From contig CBDDIJ010000002.1 in the NCBI GenBank assembly GCA_965228855.1, forward strand, positions 1,440,001 to 1,504,000: a stretch of DNA of 64,000 nucleotides, in the 5' to 3' direction. Below, in pieces: positions 28,395 through 39,179 of this stretch (the stretch's first letter is position 1; each line of letters starts with the position of its first letter). A program made the position numbers and the translations under genes. The notes beneath the pieces are model-generated. The model saw only the letters and a program-made list of their open reading frames with translations, had not been told where the DNA came from and made no database searches. The stretch comes from Candidatus Obscuribacterales bacterium. GTDB taxonomy: Bacteria; Cyanobacteriota; Vampirovibrionia; Obscuribacterales; Obscuribacteraceae.

Positions 28395-29195
28395 GTGAAG
28401 GATTTAAGTGCGACAAAACGGCACGTGCAGCCGAGCTCTTTCTTCTTTACAGAAGACGAGGTCAATGACCTGGTCCGAGACAACATGCCGCTTGTGCGGC
28501 AGATCGCCAGACGTTACAGTCAGTGTTATCCCGACAGCTTCGAGGATCTGGTGCAGGTCGGCTCCATCGGTTTGCTGAAGGCGATTAACTACTACGATCC
28601 CAACCGCACCCGTGCTGCTAGTTTTCGAACTCTCGCCACCTGCTATATTCGCGGCGAGATTCGGCATTACCTCCGCGACCATGCATCTATTGTGCAAGTT
28701 CCGCGGAAACTGACTGAGATTAACGCGCAGATCAGTCAGTTGGAGGAGCGCCTGACCAAGAGCTTGAATCGCTCTCCGTCGGTCAGTGAGTTGTCCGCTC
28801 ATTCCGGTTTCACCGTGCGCGAGATTTTAGATGCCCAGCAGTCCTGGGAAGCCAGGCTGCATTATGAATCTCTGGATGGCGCTGAAGATGACGATCGCGA
28901 CGACCACCGAGGTCTCTCGGAGGTTGTGGCTGATCGTAAGTATATGGAGCTGCTCAAGATGTCTGAGGACAGAGAACTCTTGACGCAAGCTCTCAAGAAT
29001 CTGGGGGAGAAAACAAGGCAAATCGTTGAGTTCGTCTTCTTTTACGACCTTTCCCAGAAAGAAACCGCTTGTGTGCTCGGGCTTTCCGAGATGGGAGTTT
29101 CGCGAGCGGTTCATAGCGGTTTGAAGAACCTCCGTGAAGTGATTGTTGCGGAAGCAGCAGCGAAAGCGGAAAAGAAAAAGCACTCTAAGGACTGA
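28395..29195 (+). CDS. Group 3 sigma-70 factor, SigF/SigB-like
   Basis: LVRQIARRY..FEDLVQVGSIGLLKAI, YIRGEIRHYLRD, region 4 LSQKETACVLGLSEMGVSR. Confidence 0.9.
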   Translation: MKDLSATKRHVQPSSFFFTEDEVNDLVRDNMPLVRQIARRYSQCYPDSFEDLVQVGSIGLLKAINYYDPNRTRAASFRTLATCYIRGEIRHYLRDHASIVQVPRKLTEINAQISQLEERLTKSLNRSPSVSELSAHSGFTVREILDAQQSWEARLHYESLDGAEDDDRDDHRGLSEVVADRKYMELLKMSEDRELLTQALKNLGEKTRQIVEFVFFYDLSQKETACVLGLSEMGVSRAVHSGLKNLREVIVAEAAAKAEKKKHSKD

Positions 29196-29456
29196 AGATA
29201 ACTCGTTGCAACTGTTTAGCTGTCGTGCTTCCCTGGTCCCAAACCTGGTTGGGCGCTTTGATAGCAGGGTTTGACCGCATGTTTGTCGAATACGCGTCTG
29301 GTGATTGATCCGATACGCATCGAGCTCGAACCGGACGAATTTATATTAAATCGGTTCGGTTGGGCTGTTCAGGTTGTTGACATTCCCTTAGACCCTGCTA
29401 ACATTCAACGTTTCATGGGCACCTGGTGTCGATGACCGTCTGTGAAGTGTGCTTTT

Positions 29457-29786
29457 ATGCTTAACAAACATCTGTTTCAACAAGAAAGTAGTCTGGACGA
29501 AGTCCGAATGTTTCCGTCCGCTGACGACCGCGCGGTCGTTCTGGACGAATTGGACGACTATCTCAAAACAATCCTGAAGTTCAAGATCCGTGAGTTCATT
29601 CATTTGAACCCTTGCTTTGAGGCTATTCCCTCGATTGATGTGCGGCGCTATCCGATAGATGTTCGTAACTATCGGCGTCTGCTCTTGCTTGAGCAGAACA
29701 TTCCTCAGCACAAAACGGTCGAGTGCCACAACAAGAAACGCGTCAAAGCAACACGCCGTCGCATCTTGCGCTACTTAGCAGTTTAG
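29457..29786 (+). CDS. Hypothetical protein
   Basis: About 109-aa ORF; no recognised motif; an antisense ORF of similar size overlaps it. Confidence 0.45.
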   Translation: MLNKHLFQQESSLDEVRMFPSADDRAVVLDELDDYLKTILKFKIREFIHLNPCFEAIPSIDVRRYPIDVRNYRRLLLLEQNIPQHKTVECHNKKRVKATRRRILRYLAV

Positions 29787-30193
29787 TTTCAACTCAATCT
29801 CTATTACTTGAAACCGTTTTCGCCTCACGTGAAGACCGTCTTGCGATGAAGTAATTCGCCATACCATGCGTCTCTTCTAGAGGTGTATGGCGTGGTCTTG
29901 CTTCCAGGTGCTTCCTGCGTCCATGCAGGTCTCGGTATGGTGCTGCGAGTTTAGTTATGCCGCTTGCCGAATAACCAATCGGCGTTTCCGTATGCGGTAT
30001 TGCCGTGGTCAGTTTTGATACCGCCAGCAGAATGGCGTGAATAAAAAATTGATAAAGTGCCTTGGCTGCCGGGGCGGAAGAAAGCGATTGTTAATGACTG
30101 ACAACGAGATGTTTCGTCACAGTCAGACCCAGCCTATTTTGATCCAAAAGAAGAAGCCCGTCACCATTTGCGACGAGCCCTGGCTTCCTGTTA

Positions 30194-30268
30194 TGGTCGG
30201 GACGAGAGGAATTGAACCTCCGGCCTCACCCACCCCAAAGGTGCGCGCTACCCCTGCGCCACGTCCCG
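30194..30268 (-). tRNA. tRNA-Pro (anticodon GGG), CCA encoded
   Basis: Reverse complement CGGGACGTGGCGCAGGGGTAGCGCGCACCT-TTGGGGT-GGGTGAGGCCGGAGGTTCAATTCCTCTCGTCCCGACCA folds as a cloverleaf. Confidence 0.95.
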
Positions 30269-30419
30269 ATAAGTTCGTTTTGGGTGGATAGTTAAGGTGG
30301 GCCGCTGACGACATTATAGTACATTGGTACAATCGATAGTTGGAGTGCCAGCAGTCACACACAAATCCATACGCGCATCTCGTTCTTATATCTCGACAAC
30401 TGCTCATGACTGAAAATTT

Positions 30420-32855
30420 GTGACCCAAGAAGGTACTCGAAAAGGCAACACTGGACCAGTTTCTGGAGATGATCCAGCACATCCTTCCAATCTCTTTAAT
30501 TTCGAGTTGGATGAGTTTCAGCTCGATGCTATTCGCTGTCTCCAGGAAGGAAAGAGCGTTGTAGTCTGCGCTCCTACTGGCGCTGGCAAAACGGTTATCG
30601 CCGAATACGCCGTAGAGATGGCGCTGATGCAGAACAAGCGGTGCTTCTACACGACGCCGCTCAAAGCGCTTTCCAACCAGAAGTTGTATGACTTCAAGAT
30701 GAAGTTCGGTGAGGATAGGGTCGGTTTGCTGACCGGCGATATATCCATCAATCGCGACGCTTCAATTGTAGTCATGACTACCGAAGTTTTCCGCAACATG
30801 CTTTACGGCACCATCCTTGGTGAGGTCGGAAAGAATTTGCGCGACGTGGCGTATGTGGTGCTCGATGAATGTCATTATATGAATGACTCCGAGCGCGGCA
30901 CGGTTTGGGAAGAATCGATTATATACGCGCCTACCGATGTGCAACTGGTGGCACTTTCTGCGACCGTTGCCAACGCGGATGAACTGACCACCTGGATTGA
31001 TGAAACACATGGTGCCACGGAGCTCGTAGTCTCCAATTTCAGACCTGTGCCGCTTCGTTTCCACTACTTCGGCGACCAGAGAATTTACCCGTTGCTTAAC
31101 CCGGGTGGTGGCGTCAATACTTTGTTGAAAAACCGATTCGGCAAACGCAAGAAGCCGGACAAATTTCAAAAACGGCGCCCTGGCGGTCATAACATAGGCA
31201 CTCATCCCGCGGATGTTTTAGCCGTTCTATCTGCACGCAACATGTTGCCTGCTATCTACTTCTTGTTCTCTCGACGAGGATGCGAAGAGTCGATGAAGCG
31301 CGCTCGGGGGATTCCACTGGTTTCCGACGAAGAGGCGCAACAGCTGCGAGCTGCGGTCGATGAGTTTACGACCGCGAACCCAAATTTAAAAAACCATCCG
31401 CACATTCCATATCTCTATGAAGGTATGGCTGTGCACCACGCCGGAATGTTACCGAGTTGGAAAGGCATGGTTGAGAAGCTCTTCCAGAAGGGGCTGTTGA
31501 AGGCAGTTTTCGCGACTGAAACACTTGCGGCTGGTATTAACATGCCGGCGCGCTCGACAGTAATTAGTTCACTTACAAAGCGTGCCGATGACGGGCATCG
31601 ATTTTTAACGGCGTCCGAGTTTCTCCAAATGTCCGGTCGGGCTGGGCGTCGCGGCATGGACGAAGTTGGACACGTCGTCGTACTTCATAGCTCATTCGAG
31701 TCATGCGAAGATGCGGCGAAGCTCGCTACTGCTTCGGCGGATCCTCTGTCGAGCCGCTTCACGCCTTCTTATGGGATGGTGTTGAACCTGTTGGAGCGTC
31801 ACACGCTGGACGACGCTCGCGATTTAATCGAGAGAAGTTTTGGTCAGTTTAAAACCAATCATGAGTTGGAGCCGCTTTACGAGGCACGCATGCGTCTGGA
31901 AGCTGAACTTCAGACTTTGCAAGGACCTCTGTGTCCTGGTGAGATCGGCGATTTAGGTTTATACGCAAAGCGACTTGGAGCGATCAGATCGAAACACAAG
32001 CAGCTCAAACACATGGAAAAAGGTTTGAGACCGCAGAAAAAAATCGCTAAAGGCAAAGGCGGTGAGCCAGTTATCGTCACTTCGCAGGTGCCCGGCGCCG
32101 ATGAAGGTGAGATTGCCCTTGAATCGATGCGTGGTGGCATCTCGGAGCTTCTTCGAGAAGCATACGCGATGCCCTGTCATGGTTGTCCCGTGCAAAAGCC
32201 TTGCAGCAAGCAGACCTCGCGAATCGAACAACTTGAGCGCCGCATAAAAGAGATCGGTCGTCGACTCGAAAAAGAGACTGGAAAATATTGGAGAACGTTC
32301 GTGGCGCTGACGGATATACTCCGTCTGCAAGGTTATCTGGACGGTGATAAACCTTCTAAGCTGGGTCATATGGCGGCTTGCATCAGGGGGACTAACGAAC
32401 TGTTCCTCACGGAAGTCGCGGTCAATGGTTTGTTCGATCACTTAAGACCTTGGGAATTGGCCGCTGTGTTTACTGCGCTCGTCCAGGAAGAGGGACGTGG
32501 AAACCAGGACCTTCAGCGGGTTCGCTTGAGTCATGGTGTCGAGTCTACTCTCGAAGATGTCGGTCGTCTTGCTCGAAAAATCAAGCGTCTGCAAAAAGAT
32601 TTCGACATTGATATTCCGGTCGAGTTCAATCCGCAATTCAGCCCGCTTACGGAAATGTGGGCGCAAGGCGCCACTTGGGAGCAGATTCGCCACGTCAGTA
32701 GTTTCGACGAGGGCGATGTCGTGCGTTCTTTCAGAAGAACTTTGGATCTTTGCCGGCAATACATCCGGGCAGAGGGAATGAGCGACCATGTTGTAAACTT
32801 GTGCCGCGATGTTGAGACCTTGATAAACAGGGACGAGGTCAAAGAGGTGTTTTAG
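30420..32855 (+). CDS. helY: Ski2-like DEAD/DEAH RNA helicase (HelY family)
   Basis: APTGAGKT, PLKALSNQK, DECH, LSAT, TETLAAGINMPA, QMSGRAGRRG, C-terminal DSHCT-like EGDVVR. Confidence 0.9.
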   Translation: MTQEGTRKGNTGPVSGDDPAHPSNLFNFELDEFQLDAIRCLQEGKSVVVCAPTGAGKTVIAEYAVEMALMQNKRCFYTTPLKALSNQKLYDFKMKFGEDRVGLLTGDISINRDASIVVMTTEVFRNMLYGTILGEVGKNLRDVAYVVLDECHYMNDSERGTVWEESIIYAPTDVQLVALSATVANADELTTWIDETHGATELVVSNFRPVPLRFHYFGDQRIYPLLNPGGGVNTLLKNRFGKRKKPDKFQKRRPGGHNIGTHPADVLAVLSARNMLPAIYFLFSRRGCEESMKRARGIPLVSDEEAQQLRAAVDEFTTANPNLKNHPHIPYLYEGMAVHHAGMLPSWKGMVEKLFQKGLLKAVFATETLAAGINMPARSTVISSLTKRADDGHRFLTASEFLQMSGRAGRRGMDEVGHVVVLHSSFESCEDAAKLATASADPLSSRFTPSYGMVLNLLERHTLDDARDLIERSFGQFKTNHELEPLYEARMRLEAELQTLQGPLCPGEIGDLGLYAKRLGAIRSKHKQLKHMEKGLRPQKKIAKGKGGEPVIVTSQVPGADEGEIALESMRGGISELLREAYAMPCHGCPVQKPCSKQTSRIEQLERRIKEIGRRLEKETGKYWRTFVALTDILRLQGYLDGDKPSKLGHMAACIRGTNELFLTEVAVNGLFDHLRPWELAAVFTALVQEEGRGNQDLQRVRLSHGVESTLEDVGRLARKIKRLQKDFDIDIPVEFNPQFSPLTEMWAQGATWEQIRHVSSFDEGDVVRSFRRTLDLCRQYIRAEGMSDHVVNLCRDVETLINRDEVKEVF

Positions 32856-32859
32856 AAGC

Positions 32860-34338
32860 GTGGTAACGGAGCTGACGTCGGAGCGCAAACAATGGAAGAA
32901 ATTCCTTGCCTCCTTCGTGTTCACCACGGTTGGTGTCCTCCTGTTCACTGGGCTCATATCGAATCTTCATCTGGATGAGCAGGTTGCGAACATCTCGATG
33001 TTGTACCTGTTTCTGGTCATTCTTGCAGCGCTGGTGCTTGGACGCGGCGCGGCGATTTGGACTTCGGTTGCATCGTTTCTCGCGTTCAATTGGTTTTTCG
33101 TCACACCGCGGCATACATTCAACGTCACTGCGCTTACGGACTGGTCCGTGCTCGTTGTATTTCTTTTCGTTGCTACAGTGACAGGTCAGTTGATGGCTTT
33201 ACTAAAGGCGCGAGCGTGGGAAGCACGTCAACATGAGCGAGAAGCGGCTGCGCTTGCCGAAGCCAGTTGGGCTGTTGCATCGCAGTTGGATATCAATTCC
33301 GCATTGCTCGAGGTGCTTCGACAAGTTTCGAAAGTAGTCGAACTGGAGTCAGCGGCATTCGTTTCAACAGAAACTGGCGCACCGGTGGTGGTGGCGGCCT
33401 ATCCGGCCGGAGCCGATGATGTCCCGTGGTTGGAAACCGCTCACGATACACCTGATTCGCTGAAATTGCCAATCCGAATGAAGGACATCGACTTTGGTTA
33501 TGCAATCTTGAAGTTGTCTCAAAAAGGTTCGCTTACGGCCAGTCAGCAAAGAATCATCGACTCGCTTTTGGGTCATTCCGCAATCGTTTTTCAACGCGAA
33601 CACTTGATGCAGGCGGAAGCAAAAGCGCAGGCGTTAGCCGATGCTGACCGGCTTAAGACTGCTCTCCTTTCAATGGTATCGCATGATTTTCGCTCTCCGC
33701 TGACATCTATAAAGGCCAGTGTTTCGACGCTAATGGAGGGAGGTGCGCCTTTGGATGTTGAAACGAAAAAGGGGTTGCACCATGCTATCGATCAAGAGAC
33801 AGACCGGCTGAACAGAATGGTCGGAAATATTCTCGATCTTTCTCGGCTCGAAGCGGACGCATGGCATCCAAAGCTCGAGTGGACGCCCGTCTCGGAACTG
33901 ATTGGCATGACGCTGGATCAGTTTTCACCTGATAGTAATAAGCGAATTGATGTGAACATGAGTTCTTCGCTCACGGAGATAAATGTAGACTGCGTCCAAA
34001 TGGTTCAGGTCATTAAGAATCTTGTTGAGAACGCATTGAAGTATTCGAAGGCTGAAGAAAGCGTTGAAATCAACATTTTTAGGGATGAGGACACGGCAGT
34101 GATCGAAGTTCTCGATCGTGGTCGCGGAATGACCGATGCAGATCTCGAGCACTTATTCGAACCGTTTTACCGGGCAAAGGAATTGCAGGAGTCGTCTGTG
34201 CCCGGTGTTGGGGTTGGTTTAGCCGTATGTCGGGGCTTGGTCGAAGCGCATAGAGGCAGTTTAATTGCAAAAAATCGTGATAACGGTGGAGCAATTTTTC
34301 GTGTTAATCTTCCCATGCAACTTGCGGGGAACCCATGA
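32860..34338 (+). CDS. KdpD-like sensor histidine kinase (DUF4118 TM region; lacks N-terminal KdpD/Usp domains)
   Basis: 4 TMs with AFNWFFVTPRHTF; H-box LLSMVSHDFRSPL; NLVENALKYS; GVGLAVCRGLVEAH. Confidence 0.88.
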   Translation: MVTELTSERKQWKKFLASFVFTTVGVLLFTGLISNLHLDEQVANISMLYLFLVILAALVLGRGAAIWTSVASFLAFNWFFVTPRHTFNVTALTDWSVLVVFLFVATVTGQLMALLKARAWEARQHEREAAALAEASWAVASQLDINSALLEVLRQVSKVVELESAAFVSTETGAPVVVAAYPAGADDVPWLETAHDTPDSLKLPIRMKDIDFGYAILKLSQKGSLTASQQRIIDSLLGHSAIVFQREHLMQAEAKAQALADADRLKTALLSMVSHDFRSPLTSIKASVSTLMEGGAPLDVETKKGLHHAIDQETDRLNRMVGNILDLSRLEADAWHPKLEWTPVSELIGMTLDQFSPDSNKRIDVNMSSSLTEINVDCVQMVQVIKNLVENALKYSKAEESVEINIFRDEDTAVIEVLDRGRGMTDADLEHLFEPFYRAKELQESSVPGVGVGLAVCRGLVEAHRGSLIAKNRDNGGAIFRVNLPMQLAGNP

Positions 34339-35024
34339 GAGTATTAGTCATTGATGACGAACCCCAGATTCGGCGCGCCCTGCGCGCGGGTCTGGAGCGG
34401 ACGGACTACCAGGTTATGCTGGCGGCGTCCGGAGAGGAAGGTTTGGACATGGCGTCCGAGCATCCGCCCGATCTCGTTATCCTGGATCTAGCGATGCCAG
34501 GCACAGACGGCTTTCACGTGCTGAAGGAGTTGCGGACGTGGACGAAAATTCCAGTCATCGTTTTATCAGTTCGAGATCAAGAAGAAGATAAGATCAAAGC
34601 ATTGGATCTTGGCGCGGACGATTATTTGACCAAACCGTTCGGCGTGGGAGAATTGCTTGCGCGAATGAGGGCGGTACTGAGGCGCTCTGCGAATGAGGAC
34701 GAAGGACCGGACGAAACGGTTTTCGAGCACGGCGATTTGAAAGTCGATCACGCGCATCGCGAGGTCACTGTTGCCGGCGAAAAAGTTCACCTCACTCCCA
34801 AAGAATACGACCTCCTCACGTGCATGGTTCACTTTCGTAATCGTGTGCTGACCCACAGGCAGCTTTTGAGTAAGGTCTGGGGAGCAGAATATGCCGATGA
34901 TACGCACACCTTGCGTGTTCATATTGCGAATTTGCGCAATAAGGTCGAGAAGGACCCGGCCCGACCGCAGCATATTCACACCGAGACGCGGATTGGTTAT
35001 CGGTTTAAAGCGGAAGATAAATAA
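34335..35024 (+). CDS. kdpE: KdpE-like OmpR-family response regulator
   Basis: VIDDEPQIRRAL, KIKALDLGADDYLTKPF, LTHRQLLSKVWG, LRVHIANLRNKVE; 4-bp overlap with the kinase. Confidence 0.85.
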   Translation: MRVLVIDDEPQIRRALRAGLERTDYQVMLAASGEEGLDMASEHPPDLVILDLAMPGTDGFHVLKELRTWTKIPVIVLSVRDQEEDKIKALDLGADDYLTKPFGVGELLARMRAVLRRSANEDEGPDETVFEHGDLKVDHAHREVTVAGEKVHLTPKEYDLLTCMVHFRNRVLTHRQLLSKVWGAEYADDTHTLRVHIANLRNKVEKDPARPQHIHTETRIGYRFKAEDK

Positions 35025-35033
35025 TTCTCGCGA

Positions 35034-35081
35034 CTTGATAGTTTCTTGATGTCGGAGCAATTCCATTGACGCCATCTTGAC
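35034..35081 (+). promoter_or_regulatory. Putative OmpR/KdpE-type direct-repeat binding sites
   Basis: TTGA(T/C) at 35035, 35046, 35066 and 35077: two pairs with 11-bp spacing upstream of the transporter gene. Confidence 0.45.
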
Positions 35082-35152
35082 TGTTGGTCGGCTAAATATC
35101 GATCTGCCGGCACAGTTCGCTTTGGAAGGTTCAGGAAACCGAGAGATTGACC

Positions 35153-37117
35153 ATGTATTATGCAGATGGGTTTGCGCGCGCCGATCATCAAGACCGGAGA
35201 AGTCCGACAGCAGCGAATAAATTTCGTCGATGGTTTCTTGATGGTATCAGGAGCGAGCCGGATGTTCGGGCGAGTTCACCAATGCATAAATCGAAGTGGT
35301 GGAATGTCATGTGTCTTACCGGCGTGGATTACTTTTCCACGCTCGGATATCAGCCTGGAATCGCATTCCTGGCTGCCGGTTTACTGTCGCCGATTGCAAC
35401 GCTCGTAGTTGTACTTTTGACGCTATTTGGACTGGTGCCGTTGTACTCTCGGGTTGCCAAAGAAAGTCCGCATGGGCAGGGCAGTATCTCAATGCTGGAA
35501 AAGCTCATGCCTGGCTGGAGAGGTAAAACGCTTGTTCTGGTCCTGCTGGGTTTCGCTGCAACTGACTTCATCATAACCATCACACTATCGGCGGCTGACG
35601 CCACCGCGCATATAGTTCAAAATCCAATCGTCGGAGCGTATCTAAATAATCAGGTTCTGGTTACCATCTGCCTTCTGGCAGTTTTAAGCGCGATTTTTCT
35701 TAAGGGCTTCAAGGAGGCAATCGGTGTCTCAGTGGGTCTGGTCTTGTTGTATCTCGTATGTAACCTGGTTGTTCTTGGAAATGCAATCGCGCACATCGTT
35801 CAGCAACCTCAGGTTCTGCTCAACTGGCAGAACAATATGCTGGCTGCTCATCACGGTTCTATCTGGTCGGCGATTGGATTGTCGTTGATTTTGTTTCCAA
35901 AATTGGCGTTGGGTATGTCCGGTTTTGAAACCGGAGTTGCTGTGATGCCGCTTGTCGAGGGCAAGTCGACTGATACTCATGAGGACCTTACCGGACGGAT
36001 TGAAAACACTCGCAAGTTGCTTTTGACGGCGGCAATCGTTATGGCAGTTCTCCTCATGTTGAGCAGCATTGCGACTACAGTTCTCATTCCGACCGAGGCA
36101 TTTGCTGAGGGTGGTCCGGCAAATGGACGTGCTTTGGCTTATCTCGCACATACCAATCTCGGCACGTCTTTCGGCACCATATACGATATCAGTACAATTT
36201 TGATACTTTGGTTTGCGGGTGCTTCGGCAATGGCTGGTTTGTTAAACTTGGTTCCTCGCTATCTGCCGCGATATGGAATGGCACCTGCATGGGCTTTAGC
36301 TCAGCGACCGCTCGTGGTTTTCTTTACTATCGTCTCCGTTGTCGTGACTGTTCTATTTAACGCGAACGTTGACGCACAAGCCGGTGCTTATGCGACTGGA
36401 GTTTTAGTTCTGATCACTTCTGCAGCTCTGGCTGTATTCCTCGTGACGTGGAGGGAAGGTGTTCTGAAGCGGTTGGCTTTCGGAGTAATTCTGATCGTTT
36501 TCCTCTACACGTCGGTTGCGAACATGATCGAGAGACCCGAAGGTTTGCACATCGCATCATTTTTCATATCAGCGATTCTTCTTACGTCTCTGATTTCACG
36601 AGGTATTCGTTCATTTGAATTGCGCATCGATAAGGTCCACTTCGATCATAAGGCTCAAGAGATTGTTAACGAGACATTGAGAAAGCGAGGACAGATCTGC
36701 CTTCTTGCTAATCGACCTGGTAGCAATAACTACGCGAGAAAAGAGTTGGAAATTCGAACTCTTCACAAGCTCACTGAAGAAGAAGCCGCGTTTATCTTCC
36801 TTGAGGTTCTGGTTGACGACCCTTCGCAGTTCCAGGGCGACTGCCTGGATGTCACCGGTCATAATGTCGACGGTCACCTGGTTTTGCGCTGCAACAGTTT
36901 GGCTACACCCAACGCAATCGCTGCGATTCTCTTGTACATTCGAGATACGACCGGTAATTTGCCGCACGCATATCTGGGCTGGACCGAGGGAAACCCCGTG
37001 CTTTACGTCTTCAGATACATATTCTTGGGTGAGGGAGAAACGGCTCCTGTTACTCGCGAAATCTTACGCGAGGCAGAACCGGATCCGGACAAGAGACCCA
37101 AAATACTTGTAGGTTAA
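35153..37117 (+). CDS. APC-superfamily transporter (amino-acid permease/KimA-like) with C-terminal cytoplasmic domain
   Basis: About 12 TMs; [48 protein letters not shown]. Start uncertain. Confidence 0.85.
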   Translation: MYYADGFARADHQDRRSPTAANKFRRWFLDGIRSEPDVRASSPMHKSKWWNVMCLTGVDYFSTLGYQPGIAFLAAGLLSPIATLVVVLLTLFGLVPLYSRVAKESPHGQGSISMLEKLMPGWRGKTLVLVLLGFAATDFIITITLSAADATAHIVQNPIVGAYLNNQVLVTICLLAVLSAIFLKGFKEAIGVSVGLVLLYLVCNLVVLGNAIAHIVQQPQVLLNWQNNMLAAHHGSIWSAIGLSLILFPKLALGMSGFETGVAVMPLVEGKSTDTHEDLTGRIENTRKLLLTAAIVMAVLLMLSSIATTVLIPTEAFAEGGPANGRALAYLAHTNLGTSFGTIYDISTILILWFAGASAMAGLLNLVPRYLPRYGMAPAWALAQRPLVVFFTIVSVVVTVLFNANVDAQAGAYATGVLVLITSAALAVFLVTWREGVLKRLAFGVILIVFLYTSVANMIERPEGLHIASFFISAILLTSLISRGIRSFELRIDKVHFDHKAQEIVNETLRKRGQICLLANRPGSNNYARKELEIRTLHKLTEEEAAFIFLEVLVDDPSQFQGDCLDVTGHNVDGHLVLRCNSLATPNAIAAILLYIRDTTGNLPHAYLGWTEGNPVLYVFRYIFLGEGETAPVTREILREAEPDPDKRPKILVG

Positions 37118-37231
37118 ACAGTGAAACACTGGACCGGCCGAAGGCGAACCAATGTTTCCTGTTTGATTTGCGAGGTCGAATAAAGCTACGGACGCTCGAT
37201 GAGCGCGCGGGTCTCAAGCGCTCTGATCAAT

Positions 37232-37900
37232 CTAATTTCGGTCTTGAGCATCATGCTTCTGGTTGTAGATACTTTGACTCATGCGATCCTGCATGTTGTC
37301 GAGCTTGACTCGCTCTCCGACACTCAGACCGTTTTGACGCATCTGCGCTTCTTTCGCATCGAAGCGAGCTTGTTGATTGTTCAATCGGGCGGCTTCTTGC
37401 GGAGTCAGTTCTCCAGTGCTAATGCCGTTGTAGATACGTTTATCCTGGTTTCTTTGAGTCTGGTTTATGTCATAAAGTTGATTGCCGGGCCCGGGATTAC
37501 CGACACCAGGTCTGGGACCGCCAGGAAATGGACCGTTACCGGGTACGGGGCCATTGCCTGGAATGCGGTCTTGGCTGTCGTGTTTTTGCTGATAGATATT
37601 TTGGCTCAGTTGATTTTGACGGTTTTCCAGGCGCGCCCGCTCCATTGGATTTAAACCGTTGCCGCTTGCTCGATAACGTGCTTCCGTCCTATTTAACGCT
37701 GCTTGCTGCTTGCTCAAACGGTATGCTTCGCGTCCGTTGAGCGAGCCATTGCCTACGCCACTCATAATGCGATTTGCCTGACGCTGCTGGCGGTTGTTCA
37801 CGCCGTATTTGTATTGTTTCGCGTCGGCTGCGCCTACGTTTCCAATCAGTGATGTGGCTAAGACTGCCAGCGATAGGCTTGCAAGAATTTTGAAGTTCAT
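37232..37900 (-). CDS. Exported protein with two helical repeat units and a G/P/N-rich linker
   Basis: Signal peptide; duplicated G(S/E)L..(R/Q)EA.RL...IY(Q/N)QKHD units; GGAG RBS. Confidence 0.8.
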   Translation of the reverse strand: MNFKILASLSLAVLATSLIGNVGAADAKQYKYGVNNRQQRQANRIMSGVGNGSLNGREAYRLSKQQAALNRTEARYRASGNGLNPMERARLENRQNQLSQNIYQQKHDSQDRIPGNGPVPGNGPFPGGPRPGVGNPGPGNQLYDINQTQRNQDKRIYNGISTGELTPQEAARLNNQQARFDAKEAQMRQNGLSVGERVKLDNMQDRMSQSIYNQKHDAQDRN

Positions 37901-38214
37901 GAGGCTCTCCTTCCCATTTTGGACTCTCTAAAATCTAAGACGGAGGTCGAGCGCAAAAAGTTCAAATCCTAGAATGAACTTGTGCTAATTAATCTGGGCT
38001 TGCATGCAGCCGTCAAATTCGCTGCCATTCATTTATATGCGCGATTTTACGGGTCCATTTTGCTTCGACTTAACATTGTGTTCTCCTAAATCTGAGTTGG
38101 TAACTCGTCGCATCGTTCTGAGAGCAGAAACACCGAAGCTCGGCGCTAACCGAGATTGCCTGAGCGAGCCGGTTTTAGCAAATGGCTTCTTAAATTTAAA
38201 GGTCAGGAGGACAC

Positions 38215-39072
38215 ATGGGTATCAAACAACGTAAACGTACCGCGTTAGTTACTGGTGGCGCAGGTGGTATCGGTTTTGAGTTGTGCAAATTAATCGCGGC
38301 GGACGGCTACGACCTGGTTTTAGTAGACATGAATGAGATGGGCTTGAATAGAGCAGCACGACTGCTTGAAACCGAATTTGGCGTGAGCGTTCGAACAATT
38401 TGCAAAGATCTTTCCGATCCAAAGGCGCCAGGCGAGATCGTAGATGAGCTCAATCAGCGGTGCGTTGAAACTGACTTGCTGGTCAACAACGCTGGCTTTG
38501 GACTATCCGGGAGTTTCGTCGAAATTGCGTTAGAGCCGCAGTTGACTATGATTCAAGTCAACATCAGCGCGGTAATCTCTTTGACGAGATTGTTGTTGCC
38601 GGGGATGTTGAAGCGAGATGAGGCAGCGATTCTTAATGTTGCTTCGATAGCCGCTTTTCAGCCCGGTCCCTATATGGCGGCATATTTTGCAAGCAAAGCT
38701 TTCGTCCTCTCCTGGTCGGAAGGCCTTGCAAAGGAACTGGAAGGCAGCAGCGTTTCTGTCACTGCTCTTTGTCCTCCTCCGACTGATACAGGTTTCGCCG
38801 CCCGCGCTAATTCCGGCACGTCGTTTGCGTTTCAAAAACGAGCGATGGCTTCGCCCGAAGAAGTTGCGCGCGATGCCTGGCGAGGGCTAAAAAATAAGAA
38901 GGTCATTGTTTTGCCAACTGTGATGAACAAGCTTGCAGTTTTCTCCAGCCGTTTCCTTCCGCGGAAAACAGTAACAGCCGTAGCAGGTTTAATGAACAAA
39001 CAGAGAACCGCTGTTCAGAATAAGCCCCGCGCCAGACCTACTTCCGAGTTTGCCATATCCAAGGCCGGCTAG
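38215..39072 (+). CDS. Short-chain dehydrogenase/reductase (DltE-like)
   Basis: TGGAGGIG, LVNNAGFG, YFASK; AGGAGG RBS. Confidence 0.93.
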   Translation: MGIKQRKRTALVTGGAGGIGFELCKLIAADGYDLVLVDMNEMGLNRAARLLETEFGVSVRTICKDLSDPKAPGEIVDELNQRCVETDLLVNNAGFGLSGSFVEIALEPQLTMIQVNISAVISLTRLLLPGMLKRDEAAILNVASIAAFQPGPYMAAYFASKAFVLSWSEGLAKELEGSSVSVTALCPPPTDTGFAARANSGTSFAFQKRAMASPEEVARDAWRGLKNKKVIVLPTVMNKLAVFSSRFLPRKTVTAVAGLMNKQRTAVQNKPRARPTSEFAISKAG

Positions 39073-39179
39073 AATAAGGCTTTGGATACTCCATCTAATT
39101 TATGGCGAGAGTCGGTAGAAAAGGTTACGATGGGTATAAGAGACGCCTCCGGTGTTTCTAAAAGGTTCAGGAGAATTCA

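Noticed and set aside
29787..30194. Integrated element at the tRNA-Pro 3' end
   Set aside because: No integrase and no duplicated tRNA 3' end found in the window.
35025..35152. c-di-AMP (ydaO) riboswitch ahead of the KimA-like gene
   Set aside because: The leader is short and I see no ydaO consensus elements; direct repeats explain the region better.
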